From Callorhinchus milii (lineage: Eukaryota), in NCBI RefSeq assembly GCF_018977255.1, contig NW_024704742.1:126420001-126484000 (forward strand): 64,000 nt of DNA. Direction: 5' to 3'. The translations under genes were made by a program, and so were the position numbers. The notes beneath the pieces were generated by a model that saw only the letters and a list, made by a program, of their open reading frames with translations, had not been told where the DNA came from and ran no database searches. The number at the start of each line of letters is the position of its first letter. The first letter of the stretch is position 1. This document shows, piece after piece, positions 48,083 through 59,715 of this stretch.

Positions 48083-49165
48083 TTGAAAAATGCAACATTA
48101 TATAAAAGATTTAAATTGATAATTATTACATTGAATCAGTTACACAACAACGCAGTCTCACTCACCACCTGAAACAGTCAAATTATACACTCTGCCACCA
48201 AACCAGTGATGATTTGACACAGTCTTGTTTCTTTAAATTGCTATAAATCATATTTCACATTGGTAGTGGTTTTAATGAGAAACATTGTAGAAAGGGTTCC
48301 TGCCCCAGAAGCTGGGGCCCCAGCGGGAGCTGTCAGAGTGAAGAAATAGTCATTGACAAGGCGAAAAAGAGACAACGTAGAGAGAGAGAGAGTGGGTCAA
48401 AGAACAAAGTGTTTTAAATGAGATGGTTCCAGAGGAACCACAAATTACTGTGTGCTGTCTTGGAGGATATGAAGCACAAAATAGGAAGTAAAGTAGTAGC
48501 ACGCTCATCCTGAATATTTCATGTGCACCTAATGAAATATTGTCATTCTTGACCTAACCATCTGGATGGTTAAGTTTTATTGCCTCATTTCTTGGTGCAA
48601 GGGTATAAAGGAAGGATATAAATGTAACTGAGCTCTTAATATATGAAGGTAATTAAGAGCGTAGTCTACTTCATGACTTTTCTTCCATTACACTTTTTGG
48701 GATCTGTCAGGTGGACCACAACAGTCTTTTTCCAGTTCTGTGTGCTCCTATCTTCTTAAATGCATCAAATGTTACCATTGTCAACATTATAATAATCCCT
48801 CAAGAAGAATAAATAAATAATTTGGTCACTCAATCCACGACTGTTTGTGGGACACTGCTGTGCGCAATTGGTTGCCATGTTTCGCCCACAAATATGCAGT
48901 CAATTCACTTTACAGTGTATTCTGTGAAGCGCTTGGAGATGTCTAGAAGACATGAAAAGTGCTATTTCAAATGTAAGGATTATTATTATTATTATCCTAG
49001 TGTCTTACTCATTTTTGTCCCTCGTTTTAGCAGTGTAGTGTCTTTGATTTGCTCAGCTCAGGTGACGATTTATTCTGCACACTAACAGCAACTGTCTTGC
49101 TGTCTGAATTGAGAAAGCAGAAAGTTGAGTTTAATTATAATGCAGTACCCAAAAGCCCCCTCCTC

Positions 49166-49200
<35 letters not shown>

Positions 49201-50526
49201 ACCCAACATTTCCAGTTTAGGTTTAAGGCAGATGACTTGCGAGAAGTAACACAATACACATGTTATGGCAGGAAGCAGCTGCCTCGGCTGTGACTGGTTC
49301 CCCTGCGTGGGTTATAAAAGAACTTGTAAAACACCTTGTCACAAAGTTCAATGGCCAAATAAAGCAGCCGGCCCAGAAGGAGTATGATTGTACAGAAATA
49401 GAATACGGGAGAACTGAAAATGTGGGCTAACACAGAGCTTTCAACCCACTGATCATTGATCAAAGGCTTGTCTCCACGGGTGAAGGAAAATTGGGCAGGA
49501 ACTGGATATTATATTTTCAGGGATTCAGTCTCAAGGTTAGACTGTGAACATGGCGTGTGGCTAAACTTCGAAGGCGAAATGTGTGAATAAATCAGGTTAA
49601 CCCTGGAATTATCACCATAATTCCACTCTGTTTCAGTAGCTGGCCACAGGGGTCACACCTTTGAGCCGATTCCCCCCCCGCCCCCCCACACACAAGCTCA
49701 TCACAACAGCAACGAATGGGCCTGAAGTCCGCCCATAGCCGTCTATTGACTTGTTAGTCTCTAACAAGTTAAAGACAGGCTCCAAGGCCATATCGAGTAA
49801 ACGTATATCACTCCACTTCATGGTAAATCCTGTCAATCAATTTGAGATGTCCACTCAATGTGAAAGGCACTCTACCAAATGTGAGGATGAGATCCAGTAA
49901 AATTAGACCCAATATTATGATAGGGGTTGTGAAATGAAAATGGCTGCTGATTTCACTTCCATGTCACCGGGTCGCTGATAAAATCATTTCTTTAAGCACT
50001 GTCTGTCCGGCTGTGCAGGAAGTAAGTCAGTCAACAATAGTAACAACTTGAATTTATATAGCGCCCTTCACGTAGGATAGCGTCTCGGAACGCAGTGTGT
50101 GCCGACGTGCACCACATCCTACCTAAAAATGGCCTTGCGCTAAAACAATTGTGTTATAGAAATTATCCAACAAATGACGGCGCCTTCTCCTAATAAAGTG
50201 GAGCTGCAAGTGGGAGGGATTCTGTCTCTGCCCGGTGCCTGTCATAGGTTTAAGAGTACTTTTATGGTATTTAAAATAAAATCAGTTTAAATTGATATAC
50301 TGTACAGTAGTTGTATTCCAAACATCATTGGATTGGAGGTGAGAAACGGTCTATTGATTTGCACTTACTCAAGAAGATTCTAAGCCCATAGGCATACTCT
50401 CCATCACTGACTTGTTGCTTAGAATTCAATTACAGTCAATAAGTTTTTGAAAGGAGGAAAACTCAGGTCAGTGTTCTCATATAATTAGGAAATGATTTCA
50501 TGTCAATAGTCTTCCCCTTCCGAATA

Positions 50527-50600
50527 CACATACCTACATATATCCATCCATCCATCCATCCATACATCCATACATACATACATACATACATACACACATA
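50527..50600. repeat. (CATC)n/(CATA)n microsatellite
   Basis: Seen directly. Confidence 0.85.
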
Positions 50601-51899
50601 TTCTACGCAAAAAATGTAAATCATATTACAATGTTGCATCCTATTTACAATGTTTGTAGTATGTATTCCGATTGAAATTTCCACAGACATACACACATAG
50701 ATTCAAAGATTCATGGATTGTTTTAATTATAATAATTGAAGAGAAATATTTTACCCCCATTGAAAAGTGTCTTGGCAGTTGTTATATCAGTGGTCAAGCA
50801 CAATGAAATGGAAATGTCAGCAATAAAACAAAACAACTCCCAATAAACTCAGCACAGTGCTTGTAGAAAAGCAAATGGAACGCACATTGCACTTTTCCTT
50901 GTGAAAGTGTAAGTCCCAAGAGTCCCAAGATAATTTGAGTGACTATTATCTAAAACTATTATAACCTACTCCATGTCTTTTCCCATGACTTAAGACTGAA
51001 GATTATCATTTACTCCCAGTTGGTTGCAATTCTCTTGGCTGGCATGTATCCAGAAGATATATCACAGCCACCATATGATCTGTTCATCGTCTCCACAAGT
51101 TAGACTGACCTCGGAACTTGCAAGCGAAAAGCGTCACTGCTGATGGTTATATTACAATGTTGCATCCCATTTACAATGTTTGTAGCATGTACGCCGATTG
51201 AAATTTTCTGCCCACGTGATATTTATCAGATCAAGCTGGCCAGAATCAGCCCAAACACTGCCCAAACCACACCCCCATCACCCTCCCCCCACCACCACTA
51301 CCACCACGAACACCATCATAGCCATTCTCAATGGTAAAGTTGGAAAAGCGCTAATCACCGAGCTGGACATCAAACCAAGGGCCCCATCCTCTGACTTCAC
51401 CATTCAAAACAGCATACGAGGAAAGGAATTGATCAATAAATATCATCTGGATTGCAATTGTTTTTACCCATCATTTTTATTTACACATCACGTGTTCTAT
51501 CAAAATAGAATTAAAAATAATATTGTAAATGCAAAATATTTTGGCAATAAATCATTCCCATTCTCAGGCATGAAGGGCAAGATACAAAGTCTTACATTAT
51601 CATGGTTACATTATGACAGGATTGAATATTTTCTTGTCCATTTCCAATTATTGCAAGACCTGTACCACAGATATCCCCTAATTCTAACACACCCTCACTG
51701 TGACACGGGTTCTCATAAAGTTCACAAATGCAGTATTGTCCCCACGGTTGCTGTGTTTTATAAGCATTTATAGCATAAGCATAAGCACCAACATTTCTAT
51801 TGTTCAGCTTTCAGATAATGTTCTGAGTGTTCTTAAAAGCATTAGTCAGTACGAGTGAAGGGGACTGGCCACAGATAGCTCCTGGATCATATCATGATA

Positions 51900-52125
51900 T
51901 GATGATCCTTTCACGACTGGAGGATGTCTCAAAGAACTTCACAGGATTTATTGTAAGGTGTAGTGACTGTGTATTTCTAGGTGAACGAGGCAGTCAATTT
52001 GCATACAGAAATGTCCTGGCAACAACCAGGAAGTGCAAGATTAGTTTAATTTGGGAAATGTTGGCCAGGACACCAGTAGAAACTCCCTTCTCTTTCAAAT
52101 AGAACATTGGCATCTTTTAACATCA
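51900..52125 (-). mobile_element. Deu-type SINE fragment
   Basis: ggatgtctcaaagaacttcacagg...ttggccaggacacc...ttcaaatag. Confidence 0.7.
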
Positions 52126-52159
52126 TGGACTAGAGGGCATCAATTTGAGGCAGCTATCA

Positions 52160-52355
52160 AATAAGCAAATAGGAAGGTTTGAAGATTTTTTTCACTCACA
52201 AAGCTGTTAGGATATGGAATGCCCTGCCGGAAGTGGTGGTTGAGACAGAATCTATATTAGCTTTCAAAAGGGAACTAAATAGATATCTAAAATGAATCAA
52301 TTACATGGGTTTGGGAAAAGGCCGGGGAAATGGGACTAAAAGGCTTGCTCTTCAA
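52160..52355 (+). mobile_element. CR1 3' fragment
   Basis: tttttcactcacaaagctgttaggatatggaatgccctgccgg...gggaaatgggact. Confidence 0.75.
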
Positions 52356-53522
52356 AGCCCCACAGTGAGGCTTGAACCCACAGTCTTCTGACACACATTG
52401 CACGAGTACCAGTGGTGCTGGGGATGACGTTTCAATCAATATTCTCTTTACCAGGAATAAATATATATCTGCAGCTGTGTTTCAGATCTGCCATTATTTT
52501 GTTATCTTGATCCCTACTTCTCAAAAGTGAATTATTTCCCTTTACCAGGGATTTTTTTCTCTAAAATGACAGCTGTTCACAAAACCTGGGACAATAGATG
52601 CTGAACATGGAGTACATCAAATGCAGTTAATACCAATTGTATGTCAGCATGTAAATCGCAGGCAGGATTTTGCTGTAACCATGTTGCTCTTGCCACACTA
52701 TATTTGCTTCTCAATTCCAAAGCCAAAGTCGCAGTGTGTCAGTGAAGTGCATGAATCACTGGGTCAGTGAACATGTGCATCTCATTACTAATGTGTATTT
52801 GCAGTTAATGATTTGTGATGTAAGGAGAATGATAACACCATTAGCATTATTCATCTCAGTGAGACTGGTTTTAAACAAGTGAACTGATTTCCAGTGTTGA
52901 CTTTGGGTTGAGATTGTCACAAAACACAGTGATTATGCAGGATTATATTAAGCCATTAGATCAACCTGTGCCATCAATTTCCTCTACACTGTGCTAATTG
53001 TAACAGCCAGCAATTGTCAGCAAATCATCAGTGTGAGTTAAGATTTGAATCCAATAACCCTCACTTGAGCGTAAGTCTAAATAAAATGCCCTTTGAGGCA
53101 AGAAAGACTCGGATACATGTTCTGTTCCTGCCAAATTGACGACTAGTGAGTGATAATGGCCTTTTGTTTCCTAATATGGCCTGGAAGACACTAATTCAAT
53201 CATAAATATTTTCAAACTGTGTTGGCAAAGGTAAGTACTGTATTTTAAATCTGCCTCGTTGCTGTGAGTCCAAACTTTACCACTGCGAATGTCTTTGGAG
53301 GGGTTGGGTGCTTTGGTCCACTTCATTTTACCTTAATTCTAACTAACCCATTATTCTCATTAAAGGCAAGTACAATCCACTCCCAAATGAGTGATAGATA
53401 TGATGGTTGCATGCACTAGTTGAATAAGATATAAAAATGCTGCCATATATTTATTATTGGTATTAACTTGAAAAGCCAATATATAAAAAATAATGTTTCA
53501 AAATACTTGCTAAAGACACTAA

Positions 53523-53648
53523 TGGGCTGACATTCCAGTCAGCGTTACGCATAGTAACTTTGATGATTGCGATTATAATGGGGAAATCCAATTAGCAGCT
53601 GACATCACCATAGCTGCTAAGCGTAATGTTGACCGGAATTTAAGCTCT
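53523..53648. mobile_element. PIF/Harbinger-type (Tourist-like) palindromic MITE
   Basis: About 44-bp imperfect terminal inverted repeats (gggctgacattccagtcagcgttacgc.../...gcgtaatgttgaccggaatttaagctc) flanked by TAA on both sides (53520-53522, 53649-53651). Confidence 0.75.
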
Positions 53649-54254
53649 TAAGAGGTTATATTCATGAATGTACTGCAGTTAGTAATGATGATCAGTGTCA
53701 TATGTTCCACATGTCCAGGAAACGCAACACATCTGTGATTTCTTCTGCACATGTGGTTCCATTAGACTGATACATGTGGAGTTCCTATTGCTCGCTTACA
53801 CCAAATGTAGAGCTTGCTTGACTATCAAAGTGTTGCCACATTTATCATTGTTTGTTTCAGTCCTTGTCTCGGTTAGGACACAACCAATCAATTCATTTTG
53901 TTGTGCAAAATCCCAGAGCCACATCCTACCATCATATCCCTTAGCAGGAATAACAGTCCTTCATATCCACCCTGCAAATTCTCTGTCCTGTTGCTGAAGG
54001 GATAGGCTCTGTGTCACTTTATATCAAGAAAGGGCAGTGGAATTGAATGAACACCTTGCTCTGAGGACCGTTGCAGACGTGATGGGCTGAATGGCCTCCT
54101 CTGTGCTGTAAAATTTTATGAATCAGCGCTCCAAGATGCTATCTTGCATGAAGAGCAAATTGTTATTTTGGATTCTCTAACACTACCTTACATTCAGTGG
54201 CAGCACAATTCAGAAAGATTACACACTCTCCTAGTAAATGCATTTCCACCTCAG

Positions 54255-54672
54255 GTCTCTCACCTCTGAGTCAAAAGTTGTGGGTTCAAACCCCAAGTCG
54301 GGACTTTGAGCTCATATAATCAGATTGACACTCCAATGCAGTGCTGGGGATGCAGTGCATTATTGGAGGTGCCATAATTCACATGAGAAGTTAAACTGAG
54401 GTCCAGTCTGCCTGATTAAAATGACGTTAAAGATCCTATGGCAATATTTCGAAAAGAGAAGGGAGTTTATTCAGGTGTCATGGCCCACAATCCCTTCGAT
54501 TAAAAAGAATGGTAATTTGTTTAATGGCTGTTTGTGAGAAGTTGTGGCTAGATTGGCTGCTGCGTTCGCCTACAAAATACGCAGTAACTTCACTTCAACC
54601 CTGTGAAGCACTTTGAGAGGTCCTCCTGACATGCAAGGCGCTATATCACAGGCAAACATTATTATTACTATA
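54255..54672 (+). mobile_element. Deu-domain SINE just upstream of exon 2
   Basis: cctctgagtcaaaagttgtgggttcaaac head, ttaaagatcctatggcaatatttcgaaaagag Deu core, aaggcgctatatcac tail. Confidence 0.85.
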
Positions 54673-54728
54673 ATAAAACACTCAAATGTAGTTATTGATG
54701 ATAATTGGATTTTTGTGTCTCATTTCAG

Positions 54729-54832
54729 GTATATTAAAAATCACATCAGTGGATGTTGGGGTTGTGGCTATTAAGGCAATTAACAGCAATTATTATTTGG
54801 CCATGAACAAGAAAGGAAAAATCTATGGCTCA
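54729..54832 (+). CDS. FGF10: FGF10 coding exon 2 (104 nt)
   Basis: Acceptor tttcag|GT and donor TCA|gtaagt. Completes the phase-1 Ser codon and reads [35 protein letters not shown]. Absent from the ORF track; found by reading the sequence. Confidence 0.97.
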
Positions 54833-55559
54833 GTAAGTATTTGTTAAAATCATTTCAATTGTAAAACAGTTAAGGAGGTATTATAATGATTAACGGGTTC
54901 ATTATCTGCAGATTATGAACAGCCAACAATTGACTTTGTTACTAATAAGATGATGTTTTAAATCATGAACATACAAACTGTCAGATTACTGTTAGCTTTC
55001 ATTGGATTGATTAAACATAATTGAACTAAGTATTGTGGATTTACAGACTTTTTTTCTGTTTTCCTCTTGTGGATTCAAGGTCCAGGAAACTTTTTGTTGT
55101 ATCTCAGGACCTGAGAACCAATATTTATAAACTTGTATTACAAATCTGAAGTTAAAACCAGAGACCTGACATTCCATCTAGTCTTAGCCCGTGAAATCAT
55201 TTTGTCTTAAATTTCAAGATTGAGCAGAATTGTAACAACATCCCAAATTCAGTCTTTTCCACAGTTCTGCTGCAGACTATGGAAGTGCAAGCACTTGCAG
55301 ATCTGAAAATGACACACTAATGTTTTGGATGGATTTTTTTTCTGCACTGGGCAACTTTCCCTTTTCCAGAACCACAAAGCTGACATGCCTGAAGCGACCT
55401 TAGATGACAAGTTTTGTAGTTCCTGTCCTCCTCAAATGACAGTTTCAGATCCTTGAGAACAGTCTTACTCTATTACACATGAATAAGAATCCTCCCTGTG
55501 GAATCATGCTTCAAAGAGTTGCTTCAACAATGACTGAGCAGCATGAGAACAAACAAATA

Positions 55560-56000
55560 GACCTAATTGAATAAAATTATCCATTATATGTTAAATGGTG
55601 GCATTATTAAAGGAGCAGAGGAACAAGCAGACATAGGAGTACAGATATATGGTTGTAAAAAGATGAGAGACAAGATTATTTTGAAAAATTCTAAGTTTTA
55701 TCTGCGGGACTTTGAATACAATAGCAAGGATTTGTGCAATCGTTGGCTGGATTCTTGACAATATAAAAGGGCCTATATAAATGTAAAATTATTGTAGTTA
55801 CTTCCACTTTTGGGAATTGATTTATAGAAACTTCATCCCAGTCATGAAAAAGAAACAGCAGAAATTCACTATAGAGTATAAGGAATGAGAGATTACAATT
55901 ACGAGGAGTGACTAAAAAANGTGTTGACTGTTTTCATTGGAACAGACAAGGTTAAAATGAGATCTAATAGAGTTTTTCAAAATTATGACTCCTATTAAAT
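55560..56000 (+). mobile_element. Highly diverged CR1 fragments in intron 2
   Basis: tttgaatacaatagcaagga; aaggaatgagagattacaattacgaggag..ttttcattggaacagacaaggttaaaatgagatctaatagag. Confidence 0.6.
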
Positions 56001-56346
56001 GGAGATTATGTTCATTGATGGAGAAGACATGAGGCTTTGCAAACCTGTGCCCTCTTGTTCCATTGTCTTTGTGAATCTGAACATATTGTTCTCAGTTTAC
56101 ATTCCAATCACATTTAGCATCTATAAGGTCAAGGCCAAAGTGCCCTAGTTTATCTAATCATTCCTCTAACATACTAGTCATCTCATCCATTTGACTCCTT
56201 TCTCCCACTCTAAAACTTCACAAAAAACCTAGCCATCAGCCATACTCCATCAACCACATGGCACAGTAGAGTGACAAACAACCTTAAACTCCGGATGATC
56301 TGTCTAGCTGTCGATCACTCCTTATACTTCATCTACCAGCTTATTT

Positions 56347-56540
56347 TAATAATAATCCTTGTATTTGATATAGCGAGTTATCATGTCTTAGCGACATCTC
56401 AAAGTGCTTCACAGAATATAGTGTAAAATGAATTGATTGTATATTTCGTGGACAAAATGTGGCAGCCAATTGTGCATAGCAGTGTCCCATAAACAGTCGT
56501 GGACAGAGTGACCAAACTATTATTTTTTTAAGGGATTAAG
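56347..56540 (-). mobile_element. SINE 3' part just upstream of exon 3
   Basis: aataataatccttgtatttgatatagcg...cagccaattgtgcatagcagtgtcccataaacagtcgtgg. Confidence 0.85.
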
Positions 56541-56577
56541 GATTTTTTAACATGATCTTTTATTATTCTTTTTACAG

Positions 56578-56796
56578 AAAGAGTTTAATATTGACTGCAA
56601 ACTTAAAGAGAGAATAGAAGAGAACGGTTACAATACCTACTCTTCCATGAAGTGGAAGCACAATGAACGGCAAATGTTTGTGGCTTTGAATGGCAAAGGG
56701 TCTCCACGGAGAGGACACAAAACACGGCGGAAACACCCTTCAGCCCACTTTTTACCGATAGTGGTGAGACAGGACGTCTCTATCATATCAGACTAG
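56578..56796 (+). CDS. FGF10: FGF10 coding exon 3 to stop codon
   Basis: Pyrimidine tract plus tttacag|AAA, phase 0. Reads [75 protein letters not shown]. Spliced CDS is 289+104+219=612 nt, 203 aa. Confidence 0.97.
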   Translation, partial: KEFNIDCKLKERIEENGYNTYSSMKWKHNERQMFVALNGKGSPRRGHKTRRKHPSAHFLPIVVRQDVSIISD

Positions 56797-58053
56797 AATC
56801 AACGAAGGCATAGCATCGCAGTTATGAAGATAACAAGTCCTTGTTCCAACTCTTCCCAAGCATGGCAATACTGTTGAAACATTGAAGCCTTAATGAAGAA
56901 CATTATCAGAGCTCAGGCAGTAAACTCAAGAGACATCTGCTTGTAAAACTTTGAACAAGGCTTTGATATTCAGATAACTGTTACTGGCACAGGGTGTTCT
57001 CATGCCAGTAAACTGGGGTGGAAGCTATTTCGCTGCTGGGCGAGGCAGAAATGTCTTGTGATACAACCTGAAGCACGAGAAGCAATACAGTTGTCCGATG
57101 TTGTATGATCTTTGTGAGAAGACGTTATTTATGGAGTAATAACCCATATCAAAGACTTTATGCTCATTCAAGCCTGATTATCCAATGAGCAGTTAAACAC
57201 GCATACGTTTATCTGGAAGCACTTTGGGACAGACATGAGAACAACTGTTTTCTGTGAACCACACTTCAATACAATAGACAGACGCCAAGAAACTATAAGC
57301 ACAGATACTTAAAGCTGCTCTAGCAAAATGAGTCTTCAGTTGGAAACAATTTTACTCTCCAGTTGAGTTCCAAATTCAACTCCTAATATGTGCTTAATTT
57401 ACAGAGGCTGCGGATTCCTCAGATTAACTCAGTTGTTCTCAAATTAGCTTTGTGATGATCCTTGAATGAAAGTAAACCGTAGAATCCGAGTGCTTTCATT
57501 CCTCACTATAATATAAATGTAGAATGTATTAATCTTCTACAATTCACGAAACGGCCCATTTTGCTGAAAAATTAGATCCATTTTGATAGAGCAGGTCAAA
57601 AAATAGTAACAGTATACATCCCTTTCTCATTGTAACACACTCTGTAAGTTGCATTAAGCCTCTCTTGCAGTGTGAGTAGAAAATACAAGTAGTAGTCAAA
57701 TTGTATTTTGTTCTAAATACTTTTAAAGATATTTCTATAAGATTAATATTGATGCTGCATTCCCTTTGTACTTTTGTTATTGTAAAATGGTCTGTTTATT
57801 TTCGTTGTTGGGAATAGTATTTTTGGTACAGAGAAGAGTTTTTGACAAGGCAGACTGTAGATTTGTTCTAGAGTTTAACCTCTTTATTGCTGGTGTCCCG
57901 TGATTATTTAACTTGTGCCATCCTAGGCAATACCTAGCCAGCACTTCCAGGTGTTTAATCTGTTATCTGTTTAACCACTACTTAGCTGTACAAACGATGC
58001 TTTCTACGTTGCATAGTGGAAAACAATCATCTGATCACTGTCATGGTTTCTTT

Positions 58054-58059
58054 AATAAA
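58054..58059 (+). terminator. Candidate FGF10 polyadenylation signal AATAAA
   Basis: First AATAAA I found after the stop codon, ending an AT-rich stretch of about 1.25 kb with no recognisable transposon. Later signals (about 59944, 60861) could be used instead. Confidence 0.4.
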
Positions 58060-58386
58060 GTTGATTGTCTCTTACATTCAGGACAACATATCTAAACCAG
58101 GTTTTGCAATTTTATTTGGAAAATAATTGAACATAAACAAACAGCCACATCACATCTTTACCCTTTCGATGGAAAAACAAATGTTTTTCTTTCTGCCCCT
58201 AATTTTCTACCTTTTTATTTCACCTCTTCTGAAAGAACTGATGGGAATGTTCCCACACAACTTTGAAAGGGGTTGTGTTGGGTGTGGAGCAGAACCAAGG
58301 TGAAGTGAAGCGTCGAGAGAATAGCAGAGAAGGGTTTACTAGACAGCTGCTTGAAGACCTCCTCTGCAGACTTGGTTCACATAGGC

Positions 58387-58610
58387 CAGGGTGGTCCAAC
58401 TGTCGGCCCATGGGTCACATCTGGCCCATGGGCTAATTTCATCCGGCTCCCCCCTCCCTCCATTTCATCTGGCCCACCGCTCCCTCCATAACCTGTAAAT
58501 GTTAGGTTATGTTTCTGAAAAGGAAACACAAGAATATTGCTTTTGTAGACCACAAACGTTTATCAAATACAGCATCCAGCCGTCAGCAACCAAAGGGTTG
58601 GGCCACCCTG
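58387..58610. mobile_element. Non-autonomous hAT (Charlie-like) element, 224 bp
   Basis: TIRs CAGGGTGGTCCAAC / CAGGGTGGCCCAAC (13 of 14 match), subterminal ggccc repeats, 8-bp TSD-like flanks ACATAGGC / CCATAGAC. Confidence 0.8.
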
Positions 58611-58824
58611 CCATAGACTGTCGCACTTGGGCAAGATGAATTTTCCCATGGGTTCCTGCTCCGTGCAATGGGTGAGTGCAGAAAGGCTGAGTGACAGGGC
58701 ATCTGTCCAGAGACATCATGCCGGAGATTGAGTAGAGCCCATGAAATGCACTCCAGGAAGCACTGTATGATCTTCCCCTGTACTTCTTGGGTGACTTTCG
58801 GGGTGCAGGTTTGGCCCCCGGGCA

Positions 58825-59175
58825 GTGTTGTTATATGCTGAGGTATAGGCCCAGGGGCAGCACTAGTCCTTCTGTACCTCGACCATGTAGGCAATCTTCA
58901 TGTGTGAGCCTGGACATTAACCATTGATGGGACCATTCAATTGTGGGGCCACATAACAGAGGCTAAACATGGCTTCACTGAAATACACACTTGTGCACTT
59001 ACTACTGTGATCAAGAGTGATAACTCTGGCCAAATTTTTCCGTCTGTAGCCTGGAGCCTCTGAGGTCAACCATAGCACCCTTGGCTGCTACTAAATCTAG
59101 CTAACTCAGCACAGACCAGCAATCTTCCTAACATGTATGGAATAGTACCTCCGCATGTTACAAGCTGAGCCAAGC
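58825..59175 (-). mobile_element. Old SINE-like repeat
   Basis: Reverse complement starts ttggctcagcttg (A-box-like) and contains ctggtctgtgctgagttagct; homologous to 12690-12900. Confidence 0.6.
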
Positions 59176-59265
59176 AAAGAATGTTTTTCTTTTACTATAT
59201 CTGCTGGAGTTCATGTTCCATATGTGTGATTCCCTAAGAAAATAATCCTTGTTTTTGCATTACAA

Positions 59266-59671
59266 ATAATTATCCTTGCATTTGATATACCACCTTTCAC
59301 ATCAGGAGGATGTCCCAAAGCACTTCACAGGACCCTTCACAGGATTTACTGAAACGAGGAGTAACTGTGTATTTGTGGGCAAACACTGCAGCCAATTTGC
59401 ACACAGCAATGTCCCATAAACACAGATGAAGTGAATGACCATTTTATTTTATTTTGGGAGAATTGTCGACCAGGACACAGGGTGAAAATCTCTCCACTTT
59501 TTGAATAGTGCAATGCGATTTTTAACTTCCACTTAAATAGGCAGACTGGACTAATGTTTAATGTCTCATCTGAAGGACGGCACTTCCAACAAAGAAACAC
59601 CCTCCCAGCACTGCATTGGATTATCATCTTAGACTATGCGAGTTAAGTCCCGACTTGAGGTTTGAACCTAC

Positions 59672-59702
<31 letters not shown>

Positions 59703-59715
59703 ACTGAGCCAGGCT
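59266..59715 (-). mobile_element. Full-length Deu-domain SINE
   Basis: Reverse complement: agcctggctcagtggtagcactcttgcctctgagtcagaaggttgtaggttcaaacc (A and B boxes), ttcagatgagacattaaac, gtgtcctggtcgac, shared tail. Confidence 0.88.

Larger units (their letters stand above)
9179..54728 (+). other. FGF10: FGF10 intron 1 (45,550 bp, GT-AG)
   Basis: Bounded by gtaagt and tttcag; reading frame is preserved across the junction. Confidence 0.93.
54833..56577 (+). other. FGF10: FGF10 intron 2 (1,745 bp, GT-AG)
   Basis: gtaagt donor, TTAAC branch-like motif near 56547-56551, T-rich tract, tacag acceptor. Confidence 0.93.

Noticed and set aside
51198..51773. 191-aa ORF in intron 1
   Set aside because: Non-ATG start, low-complexity Pro/Thr/His stretch, no recognisable domain or supporting splice structure.
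56766..56780. SINE origin of the FGF10 C-terminal extension (aggacgtctc)
   Set aside because: Only about 10 nt match the SINE tail, which is not significant.
8890..56796. Alternative identity as FGF7 or FGF22
   Set aside because: [44 protein letters not shown] and [16 protein letters not shown] match FGF10 specifically.
783..59715. CRISPR-like array suggested by the recurring aaggattattatt / gcgctatatcaaatgc motif
   Set aside because: Copies are dispersed, irregularly spaced and in both orientations; they are SINE and L2 tails in a vertebrate genome.
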